Source: Nostoc sp. PCC 7120 = FACHB-418 (GTDB lineage: Bacteria > Cyanobacteriota > Cyanobacteriia > Cyanobacteriales > Nostocaceae). Taken from it: a stretch of 32,000 bases of DNA. This document shows, piece by piece, positions 10,704-18,905 of this stretch. Below the pieces are notes generated by a model, which worked only from the letters and a program-made list of their open reading frames with translations, was not told the DNA's origin and searched no databases. Both the position numbers and the translations under genes were made by a program. The DNA lies in contig NC_003272.1 in NCBI RefSeq assembly GCF_000009705.1, positions 3,060,001-3,092,000 on the forward strand. The letters run 5' to 3'. How positions within the stretch are numbered: position 1 is the stretch's first letter; each line of letters starts with the position of its first letter.

Positions 10704-10850
10704 ATTAGGACTTACGCACCCAAGTTGTCTGTTGAGACCTGGTGTAAGGGGGTAAGGGTATAGGGGTGTAAGGGTTTCAAACATTTATACATCTGTACCC
10801 TATACCCTTGTCCAAACCCTTGATCTTTCGTTTTCATGCACAAGTCCTAT
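10704..10850. repeat. MITE-like nested inverted repeat
   Basis: Outer arms TAGGACTTACGCA (10706-10718) and TGCACAAGTCCTA (10837-10849) match at 11 of 13 positions. They enclose an imperfect internal hairpin (AAGGGTATAGGGG... / ...CCCTATACCCTT). Confidence 0.4.
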
Positions 10851-10923
10851 ACATAATTATTAAAGAAGGGAATCTCAGCATCTAGTCCAATATCCAAACT
10901 CTATAATCCAATGCACAACTGAT

Positions 10924-11343
10924 ATGGCTCCTTTACCCGACTATCGTCCTAAACAAATGTCTGTAGGCCCTTTGGAAGCAGAAATTTTAAATATTGTCTG
11001 GGAAGTAGGTTCAGCTACCGTCAAAGATGTCCACGATCGCATTCTGGCTGACCCTAACCGCGAATTAGCTTATACTTCCGTGACTACAGTGTTACGTCGC
11101 CTCACAGACAAAGGTTGGTTAGCTTGTGATAAAAAAGGGCGGGCATTTTATTGGCGGCCATTACTATCAAAACAACAAGCCCAGGTAATTAAAGCCCACG
11201 ATCAATTACATAGCTTTCTAGCAGTGGGTAACCCTGATGTAGTGGCAGCTTTTGCTGATAGCCTTGATGAAGCAGCTAGCGAACAAATAGAAGCGATCGC
11301 CAAACGTATTCAAGCTGCGCGCCAAGCCAGGGAGGAACAATGA
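10924..11343 (+). CDS. BlaI/MecI/CopY family transcriptional repressor (PetR-like)
   Basis: 139 aa. Winged-helix N-terminus (LEAEILNIVWEVGSATVKDVHDRI...YTSVTTVLRRLTDKGWL). The stop overlaps the start of the next gene (ATGA at 11340-11343). Confidence 0.88.
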   Translation: MAPLPDYRPKQMSVGPLEAEILNIVWEVGSATVKDVHDRILADPNRELAYTSVTTVLRRLTDKGWLACDKKGRAFYWRPLLSKQQAQVIKAHDQLHSFLAVGNPDVVAAFADSLDEAASEQIEAIAKRIQAARQAREEQ

Positions 11344-12188
11344 TGCACTTGCTGATGATTTTGACAGCTTTGGTGGTTTCGTGGATTTTCAGAAGTTCTT
11401 GGACTAACCCCCAAGACAATTGGGATGCACGGTGGCAAAGAACATTGTTTTTCTTTCTGTTTCCACCGTTGTTAATTTTGATGACAGCGATCGCTCTCTT
11501 ATTTATGGGGCCGCAAGGCAAAATGGGAGGACTATATACAGGTTGGTTCAGCTATGCACTAGCTTTAACTTTTCTGGGAATTTTCTCTTGTTTGTTTGCC
11601 ACACTAGCTATTCAAGGCTGGCGATCACTACAATCCGCCCGCCACTGCCCTTTAGTTCATCTTGAAGGTAAACAAGTCAGGCTACTCAACACAGCAGCCC
11701 TATTTGCTGGACAAATTGGTTTCTGGCAACCCGAACTTGTAGTTAGTCAAGGATTACTACAAACGCTGTCTCCCAACCATGTAGAAAGCGTTCTCGCCCA
11801 CGAACAAGGACATTTTTATTATCGGGACACCTTTTGGTTTTTCTGGCTGGGTTGGGTGCGTTCTTGCACTGCTTGGCTACCAAATACAGATGCTTTGTGG
11901 CAAGAACTTTTAGTTTTGCGCGAACTTCGTGCCGATAGTTACGCCGCATCCCAAGTTGATCCCCTGTTACTAGCAGAATCACTGTTATTAGTGGTTAGTA
12001 ATGGTTCTGTATTTTCACAATCAGAAATTTGCTGTGCAGCTTTGGGTGATAGTGTAGGCGATCGATTGGAACAAAGAATAGAAGCCTTATTAGCACCACC
12101 AAATCACACCCCAGAAGCCAAATTCCCATCTTGGCATGGTTTTATTTTGGCGCTGCTGCCCTTACTAACTGTCATATTTCACACTTGA
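11340..12188 (+). CDS. BlaR1-like M56 family membrane metalloprotease (PetP-like)
   Basis: 282 aa with several N-terminal TM helices. HExxH site (LAHEQGHFYYRD). Translationally coupled to the BlaI-like gene. Confidence 0.85.
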   Translation: MMHLLMILTALVVSWIFRSSWTNPQDNWDARWQRTLFFFLFPPLLILMTAIALLFMGPQGKMGGLYTGWFSYALALTFLGIFSCLFATLAIQGWRSLQSARHCPLVHLEGKQVRLLNTAALFAGQIGFWQPELVVSQGLLQTLSPNHVESVLAHEQGHFYYRDTFWFFWLGWVRSCTAWLPNTDALWQELLVLRELRADSYAASQVDPLLLAESLLLVVSNGSVFSQSEICCAALGDSVGDRLEQRIEALLAPPNHTPEAKFPSWHGFILALLPLLTVIFHT

Positions 12189-12262
12189 ACAAAAATGTGG
12201 AGCGCAGCGTCAGCATTCAACTAAGGCTTTGTGATCCATTTTCATTAAAAAATAACCAAAAT

Positions 12263-12327
12263 GTAGGGTGCGTCAGTGCGAGAAAACTTAGCTGTACCAA
12301 GAAATTATTTATACTGACACACCCTAC
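12263..12327. repeat. Inverted repeat GTAGGGTGCGTCAGT ... ACTGACACACCCTAC
   Basis: 15-bp arms with one mismatch, separated by 35 nt. It lies in the convergent spacer between the M56 protease gene and the BON gene. Confidence 0.6.
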
Positions 12328-12373
12328 TAACCGTCAAATTGGAATAGTTTATTTGTTGGTGTTCCCTAATTAC

Positions 12374-12823
12374 CTAAGACCTGTTGCTAGGCTCAACTTT
12401 AGCTTCTACTTTTACAGTCTTAACGCCTTTTACTTCTTTGACCAATTTTTCAGCCTTTTCTAGTTCTTGCTGAGAACTTGCTATACCTTTGATGGTAATT
12501 TCACCTTGTTGATTTTCTACTACAAGCTTATTACCTGGGATACCTACCTGTAATTTATTGCTAACTAAGGCTTTTATATCTCCTTCAGTTTTTGTGGCTA
12601 CGGTTTTATTTGTTCCCGTTTTATCTTTGGTATTGCTATTAATTACGGAAATTGGGGTTTCTTTGACAGTAGATTTGATGATTTTACCTGTGGTTTTTGT
12701 CGTTTCAGATGCCTGTTTTGCAGGTACTTGATTAGCTCCACTGGTGTTTGTGGGAGCTTCTTGGCAGCCAAAATTACCAACTAATAGAAAGCCGGTCACT
12801 AATAGGGAAAACACTTTTTTCAT
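12374..12823 (-). CDS. BON-domain lipoprotein
   Basis: ATG at 12823 gives MKKVFSLLVTGFLLVGNFGC (lipobox). The C-terminus has a BON-like segment (ITIKGIASSQQELEKAEKLVKEVKGVKTVKV). The longer ORF-track N-terminus lacks signal-peptide character. Confidence 0.75.
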   Translation of the reverse strand: MKKVFSLLVTGFLLVGNFGCQEAPTNTSGANQVPAKQASETTKTTGKIIKSTVKETPISVINSNTKDKTGTNKTVATKTEGDIKALVSNKLQVGIPGNKLVVENQQGEITIKGIASSQQELEKAEKLVKEVKGVKTVKVEAKVEPSNRS

Positions 12824-13429
12824 TTTTGTCTCCAAATGGAATAATTGAAGCGATAGATTTACCTGTGTGTCGCGTGGAGGAGCAAATCCTAAATAAACAT
12901 TAAACTTGTCAGTACAAGATGGTTGATGCAGGCAAAAATTAGGTAAGACTAACAACTTAGATCACTCATTGGGACTCAAATCCGCAAACTTTTTCTTAAA
13001 AGTTTCTAGTTAGTTTTAGTCAAAACCACCAACTAACAATACTTGTAATAGGGCAGTTGTTAGATGCTATCAGATTTTCTTAAAAATGAAGTCTTTATAT
13101 GCCAAATTTCATATAAATTTTTAAACATAGTCTTAGATGAAAAGTATTAATATAGTTTTATTTTTAACTTATTTTATACTTGTATAAAAATCTATTTATC
13201 TGAAGCGATAAAGTTGAAAACTGTACCTCCATTCATTCTGTCCCACCAATTCACAAAAACTTCATACTTGAGATAGTAGACGTTAAAAACCATTACAGGG
13301 GAAATTGCGCCTATCTTGTTCGGTTATACGACTGTTATTAGGGCATAAATAACTATACGCTCATAGGTAGTAAAGAAATTTTGAATTTTCCGAGCTGCTA
13401 GTCGCTCTTGAAAGAAGGGGTGAAGTTCT

Positions 13430-14932
13430 GTGTACGAATGGATATTGCCAAGTCTGAGTGAAGTTTTAGCCGAAGGTCAGGGAACTGTGGCTGAATGCTC
13501 ACCAACCAAAGCAGAGCGACAGTGGCGCATGAGTCTAGCCGCGACAGAACATTTGCTCATTAACAGTTTAGTTGCTGTTGGATCTGAGGCGCTTCAAGGA
13601 TTAGTTTTAGCTGCACCTGCACCCCTCTTTAGTCAACCTATCCTCACTCAAAACTTACAGACGATTACTTTTACAGCCAGGCCGTTTAACCCTTTGGCAT
13701 TGATGCCATTTCAAATGCCAAGTGCGATCGCCTCTACAGAGTCAAAAACTGCCCTTTGTGAGCCTGTATTACCTTTACTACCTGCCGATCCTTTGGCATC
13801 TGAGCAATTTTGTTTAATATTTACAGATAAATTTAGATTAGTTTTAGTTCTCGCCACACATAAAAACGGTAAAAAAGCTTTCTCGTTTTCCTTTGAGCCA
13901 GAGATAGTCCAGCAGGCTTGGCGATCGCTAGGCGCGCGGGTAATGCTGACTAATCCTGATTTGTTCACGGAGTTGGATAGTTTAGTACAACAGTATCCAG
14001 CGATCGCACCTGATTACCTGACAGTACTCCAGTTTAGCCAATTTTTACTCCAAGAATTACCAGAGGAAGAAACTAGAGATTGGGGATTAGGAAGAAGCCG
14101 GGGAGGAGAGGAGCAAGGTAACAGAGTAGAGGAAATTCCCTATCCTCAATGTCCCATACCTAATGTCCAATGTCCCATACCTAATCCTCCATCAATCAAA
14201 CCTGATGTAGAATTATTGCAAGCTTTTGCTCACGAAGTCCGTACACCGTTGACTACTATTCGTACTATGACTCGTCTGCTGCTGAAGCGGCGTGATTTAC
14301 CAGCCAATGTGATGAATCGTCTAGAAATTATCGATCATGAGTGTACTGAGCAAATTGATCGCATGGAGTTGCTATTTAAAGCAGCAGAACTAGAAACATC
14401 TACTTCCGGGAAATCTGCGAATCCTCATTTAACAGCAATGTCTTTGGATCAAGTGTTGCAACAAAGTATCCCTCGTTGGCAACAAGCAGCCGAACGGCGA
14501 AACTTGACCCTAGATGTAGTTTTACCCCAACAATTACCCACTGTGGTGAGCAATCCTAATATGCTGGATCGTGTACTTACAGGGTTGATGGAGAATTTTA
14601 CCCGCAGTTTACCAGCCGGGAGCCATATTCAAGTACAAGTGATTCCGGCAGGAGATCAATTAAAGTTACAATTGTCTCCTCACACTCACTGCAAAGATAG
14701 CAATAAAGCCAGCGCACCAGTTACACCACCCATCCGTAAAGCTTTGGGACAATTACTCATGTTCCAACCAGAAACAGGCACAATTAGTTTAAATATCGCT
14801 GCTACCAAGCACTTATTTCAAGCGATCGGTGGTAAGTTAATCGTCCGCCAACGCCCACACTACGGCGAAGTATTAACTATTTTCTTACCGCTAGAAGTCA
14901 GTAACAAGCAAAACTTAACTATAAAGAGGTAA
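13430..14932 (+). CDS. Histidine-kinase-like protein with a degenerate ATP-binding domain
   Basis: H-box FAHEVRTPLTTIRT and a plausible N-box (LTGLMENFTRSL). I could not find a DxGxG (G1) or GxGxG (G2) motif. The N-terminal ~220 aa are an unassigned domain. The GTG start is uncertain. Confidence 0.72.
   Translation: MYEWILPSLSEVLAEGQGTVAECSPTKAERQWRMSLAATEHLLINSLVAVGSEALQGLVLAAPAPLFSQPILTQNLQTITFTARPFNPLALMPFQMPSAIASTESKTALCEPVLPLLPADPLASEQFCLIFTDKFRLVLVLATHKNGKKAFSFSFEPEIVQQAWRSLGARVMLTNPDLFTELDSLVQQYPAIAPDYLTVLQFSQFLLQELPEEETRDWGLGRSRGGEEQGNRVEEIPYPQCPIPNVQCPIPNPPSIKPDVELLQAFAHEVRTPLTTIRTMTRLLLKRRDLPANVMNRLEIIDHECTEQIDRMELLFKAAELETSTSGKSANPHLTAMSLDQVLQQSIPRWQQAAERRNLTLDVVLPQQLPTVVSNPNMLDRVLTGLMENFTRSLPAGSHIQVQVIPAGDQLKLQLSPHTHCKDSNKASAPVTPPIRKALGQLLMFQPETGTISLNIAATKHLFQAIGGKLIVRQRPHYGEVLTIFLPLEVSNKQNLTIKR
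14147..14185 (+). repeat. 21-bp in-frame tandem duplication (QCPIPNV / QCPIPNP)
   Basis: CAATGTCCCATACCTAAT occurs at 14147-14164 and again at 14168-14185, separated by GTC. Confidence 0.9.
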
Positions 14933-14965
14933 GCTTACCGCGCTATTTTTCACAATTAATTGTAC

Positions 14966-15032
14966 AGACGCGATTAATCGCGTCTCTCTAACAATTACCG
15001 AGCGATTAATCGCGTCTCTAACAATTACCGAG
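14966..15032. terminator. 20-bp perfect palindrome plus a ~31-bp direct repeat between convergent genes
   Basis: AGACGCGATTAATCGCGTCT lies at 14966-14985. The unit CGATTAATCGCGTCTCT(CT)AACAATTACCGAG occurs at 14971-15002 and 15003-15032. The second copy overlaps the protease stop codon. Confidence 0.55.
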
Positions 15033-15594
15033 GATGAAACTCTACCTCTGTTTCTAAAATCTTGATGTCGTAGTTGCCAAAAAAATCATGCCCTAGTAGA
15101 CCAAATTCTGCTTTTGGTGCGATCGCCACTTGGATGTTTTTAGCTATGGCTCCACCAGCTGCGATCGATTTCACCTTACTAGTAGAAAATTCCACTTGTG
15201 TACCATCAGCAATTTGAGCCTTCATCACCCCTGTAGGCTGGAGTTGGAGAGCGATCGCTAACTTTAGAGGTATTAAGGTATTGTTCGCACCTGTGTCGAC
15301 AATCATTTCAAAGGTTTTCTTATCATTGAAGGTCACATCAATCACAGGCGTTCTACCCAATCGCCGTTTGATAGGAACCCGAAAAACTCTCTCTGCGTTG
15401 TTTTGAACTGTCTTTGTACCACCACACAGCTTTCTCAAGGGAATGGTTCTACCAGAGGTAGTAATCATAAAACATTCGCCTGGATCTTCAGCATTAACAG
15501 TGTGGGAAAACATCAAACACAACAGTGTTGGTATCACTGCTATTACAGCTAATTTAATATTTTTCTTTTCCTGCCTCCAGTCATTTTTTATCAT
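15025..15594 (-). CDS. Secreted or membrane-anchored retropepsin-like (clan AA) aspartic protease
   Basis: 189 aa. N-terminal hydrophobic signal (IKLAVIAVIPTLLCLMFSHTVNA), catalytic DTGA motif (MIVDTGANNTLIP) and a C-terminal GLLGHDFF segment. Confidence 0.8.
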   Translation of the reverse strand: MIKNDWRQEKKNIKLAVIAVIPTLLCLMFSHTVNAEDPGECFMITTSGRTIPLRKLCGGTKTVQNNAERVFRVPIKRRLGRTPVIDVTFNDKKTFEMIVDTGANNTLIPLKLAIALQLQPTGVMKAQIADGTQVEFSTSKVKSIAAGGAIAKNIQVAIAPKAEFGLLGHDFFGNYDIKILETEVEFHPR

Positions 15595-16369
15595 TATTTT
15601 GTTCTCAATTATGTTTCTGGAATATTTATAGAAAATCTGTTTACCTAGATATATGAAACTATCTAGAAAAGAATTAAATCATTAGTTCTTATAGTATTTT
15701 TTCTATAAAAAACAATAATTTCAGGTAATAAAATTGATTTATAGGATTTTTTACAGAAAATTTATTTATTGTTTAACTGTTAAAAATATAGAGCTTCTTA
15801 TGGAGAACTTACTATATATTACATATATTCACTTACCAATAAATTAAAGATTAAGTGAAGACTCAATAAAAATACGAGTGCCTAAAATAGATACTCACAG
15901 ACCATTTATAAAGCTATAGTGTGCGGTTCATCCTCTAAAAGCGATCGCCGCAAATCTTCAGGGCGCACCGCCCATTTGGCAATAATTTCCCACTGATCTC
16001 AGTTTCTTGAATATTTTAATCCTGTCTGAATTTCCCGGACTTGGTGTTTGTGGGATTAGCTGTCAAAATCAGAATCTTTTTCACAGTGATCTTGACTAGG
16101 TAAATACTGACTGTTGGTATAGGTGTAATCTACTACTAAAACGTGAGCAAAGAGACTTAGTAGCTTTTCTACACAGTTGCAAAATCGACGTGTTATAACA
16201 TACTAATGTGCTACGCAGAATGTGTTTTAAAGCACTCTGTGTGAATAAGGGCTGAATAAATATTTATCTTTATAGTCCTGATTTAAAAAGGTTTATGGAA
16301 ATTATGATTAATTTCCATTCTCGCTAAAACGTATTGTCTTTTACTGAAGAAATTACTGAGAACACAATC

Positions 16370-17248
16370 ATGATTACTTCCGACATCACTAGTCTTGAAC
16401 AGCAACCGCAAAGAGAAATTTCCTCCGGCTTAGAAACCCTCTCCTCCTTAGCTGGGCAGAAAACATTATTCATCCTCAAACTATTTGAATATTTGTTAGC
16501 AGCAGCTTTTGTTTGCGCTGGTATCGTCCTCACCGTTTATGCAGATAACAAAAACTTGCTAATTAGTGGAATCATTGCTTTAACGATTCTGAGTTTCTTG
16601 TTTCTGTTCAACAGACAATTATTTCAGGACTCACAAAATACTGCTTATCGGTATAGTATTAGCAAAAAAGCAGAACTTTACAGTTATTTATTAAGTAATA
16701 ATAATTCTGTTTTTGATAGTAATCAGATAGTTCCTGCCAGAGAAAAAGCTTTGCAGTATTGCCAAGATTTGATTGACGATTATAAAAAGGCTCGTAACCT
16801 TTCCCGAAATCTTTATTATGTTCTGCAAATTTCCACTGTTATTTTATCAGGAATTACCCCGATTTTAGTTTTGGTAGATAAACTAGAAGCAGGACAAGCT
16901 TGGCTGAAATGGCTACCTGTAATTTGTCCTGCTATTGCCTCAATAGTTGCGAGTATTGTCACCTCATTTCCTTTCCAAAAAAATTGGGTAGCAGCTAACA
17001 CAACTTTGGAATTATTAGAGGCTGAACAAGAAAAATTCATTTTGGGAGTGACACCAGCTTATCGTTGCTATGATTTGTCTGACATTAGCCAGCAGCAACA
17101 AAAAGCCAGCCAGTCCATAGAACAATTTATTGTACAGGTAAATAATATTCATCTCCAACAAGTACAGCAAGCTAGTGAAATTCAGCAAGAGAAGAAAGAA
17201 TCGGAAAAAACTAACAATAATAATTCTGAGACAGATGACAGGACTTAA
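16370..17248 (+). CDS. Four-TM SLATT/DUF4231-family membrane protein with a Gln-rich C-terminal tail
   Basis: ATG at 16370 (the ORF track starts at a TTG at 16334). It has two N-terminal TM helices and then a DUF4231-like module: basic linker, TM3 YYVLQISTVILSGITPILVLV, TM4 WLKWLPVICPAIASIVASIVTSF, then KNWVAANTTLELLEAEQEKF. The family call rests on pattern recollection, not a search. Confidence 0.65.
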   Translation: MITSDITSLEQQPQREISSGLETLSSLAGQKTLFILKLFEYLLAAAFVCAGIVLTVYADNKNLLISGIIALTILSFLFLFNRQLFQDSQNTAYRYSISKKAELYSYLLSNNNSVFDSNQIVPAREKALQYCQDLIDDYKKARNLSRNLYYVLQISTVILSGITPILVLVDKLEAGQAWLKWLPVICPAIASIVASIVTSFPFQKNWVAANTTLELLEAEQEKFILGVTPAYRCYDLSDISQQQQKASQSIEQFIVQVNNIHLQQVQQASEIQQEKKESEKTNNNNSETDDRT

Positions 17249-17319
17249 TCCTAATTTGTAATTAGTAATTACTTTGCGTCAGTTATCCGAGCAACTATCT
17301 TGAAAATTTACCCAAGTTT

Positions 17320-17540
17320 GATCCTTACGGGAAGGCTTACGCCAACATGGGGGAAACCCTCTTGGCGTAATCTCTGACTTTGCGCTAAATCCTCGTTACA
17401 TCACGGAAAAAGCGGCGTTGCATTGGCGTTAGTCTTTCCTACAGAACGCTACCGCGTTCACCGCTTGCGGTATTGCGTTAGCGTAGCGGGGCGTTCGCTT
17501 TTAGCGTCTCGCAGAGAAGCCCATTGCGAATAGTTTAATT
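17320..17540. repeat. Cluster of GC-rich dispersed-repeat-like segments
   Basis: It contains the hairpin TTACGCCAA-n16-TTGGCGTAA and strings typical of Nostoc spacer repeats (GCGTTAGCGTAGCGGGGCGTTCGC, AGCGTCTCGCAGAGAAGC). There is no ORF. Its composition contrasts with the AT-rich flanks. Confidence 0.4.
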
Positions 17541-17738
17541 CTTTGACAATTAATAGTGGCAGAACAAATTTGTTAACTATTTCAACATTCCGGGAAAAAT
17601 ATACTGCCTTAAGTAATGGATATTGCAAATGAGATATATTCTCTATTGTGATTATTCCTAAAATAGGGTAAATTATCAGGTAATATTTTCATAAATAGAA
17701 AATTTTAGCAATTATTTGTTTGAAATTGCTGCCAAATA

Positions 17739-18758
17739 ATGTTGGAAATTCTGACGAAAGAACAATACGATGAAGTTGTAGAAGGCAGCTTGCAGATGTT
17801 ACAGGCTGTAGATCCTAGTCAGTCCTTCGACTTTGTATATAAATGGGAAAGTCACTTTACTCGTACTTCCTATCAGGAAGTGCAGCTACGCCCAGGATTA
17901 TCTCTAGAAATTTTTGATAAAACTCAATATCGCCAAGTAAATATTCAAAATAATCATGACGAAGAATATCCACTAATCGCAAAATTTTATCTAGCTGGAA
18001 ATCATAGTGTAATTTGCCCTGGTATTGCAGGAGTTAGGGAAAAATATCAAGAAACAGGAGGCAATAATTATTTATTTTACTTACCAGATATTGAAGAAAT
18101 CGAGCAATATTTTGCAGGCGATCGCTATTATATAATCAGAATTATTTTTGACATCAATTTCCTCAGAAATTTTGTTACTGGGTTGACACCTGTTCCCAAT
18201 CAATTGCAACCTTTGCTAGAAAGTGATCATCCACCGCGTTTTCATCTGCCTGTGGGTAAAATCACGCCCACCATGCAAACTATACTATCACAGCTTTTAA
18301 ATGCACCCTATCAAGGTATGGTGCAACGCATTTATCTAGAAAGCAAGGTGCTGGAACTGCTGGCTTTGCAATTAGCGCAAATATTGGAAACTGAACAAAA
18401 TCGCCAAACTTTAATTAACCTCAAAGCCTCTGACATTGAAAGAATTTATCACGCCAAAGACATTTTAATTAGTCAATATGATAATCCGCCGACACTGCTA
18501 GATTTAGCCAGAAGAGTAGGTGTCAATGACAATAAATTAAAATTAGGTTTTCGGGAAGTCTTTGGTACAACAGTCTTTGGCTACTTACATAACTACCGCA
18601 TGGAAATGGCGCAAATGCTTTTACAGGAAGGTAAACAAAGTGTAGCTGAGGTAGCATCTCATGTGGGATATTCTAACCCAGGGCATTTTGCAGCCGCATT
18701 CAAGCGGAAATTTGGCATGAGTCCGAAAGTGTGTAGATTAGGAAGAAAAACGGCTTAA
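17739..18758 (+). CDS. AraC family transcriptional regulator (PchR-like, siderophore-responsive type)
   Basis: 339 aa. C-terminal double HTH (LLDLARRVGVNDNKLKLGFREVFG...VAEVASHVGYSNPGHFAAAFKRKFGMSP). Paralogous to ORF 22897-23886. Confidence 0.9.
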   Translation: MLEILTKEQYDEVVEGSLQMLQAVDPSQSFDFVYKWESHFTRTSYQEVQLRPGLSLEIFDKTQYRQVNIQNNHDEEYPLIAKFYLAGNHSVICPGIAGVREKYQETGGNNYLFYLPDIEEIEQYFAGDRYYIIRIIFDINFLRNFVTGLTPVPNQLQPLLESDHPPRFHLPVGKITPTMQTILSQLLNAPYQGMVQRIYLESKVLELLALQLAQILETEQNRQTLINLKASDIERIYHAKDILISQYDNPPTLLDLARRVGVNDNKLKLGFREVFGTTVFGYLHNYRMEMAQMLLQEGKQSVAEVASHVGYSNPGHFAAAFKRKFGMSPKVCRLGRKTA

Positions 18759-18905
18759 TTAATCTACAAAATCTTAAATTGCATGATGTTTTAACATGAT
18801 GATGATAAACACAAATCTAGCAGTTAACCCATGAGCGAGGAAAGAGAAAGAGCCGATAATGATTCACCGTGGAAATAAATTTTAGAAGCCTACTTTCCCC
18901 AAGCA

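Noticed and set aside
12824-12955. N-terminal extension of the BON-protein ORF (MLVLPNFCLHQPSC...)
   Set aside because: The internal ATG at 12823 yields a canonical lipoprotein signal (MKKVFSLLVTGFLLVGNFGC). The extension has no signal-peptide character.
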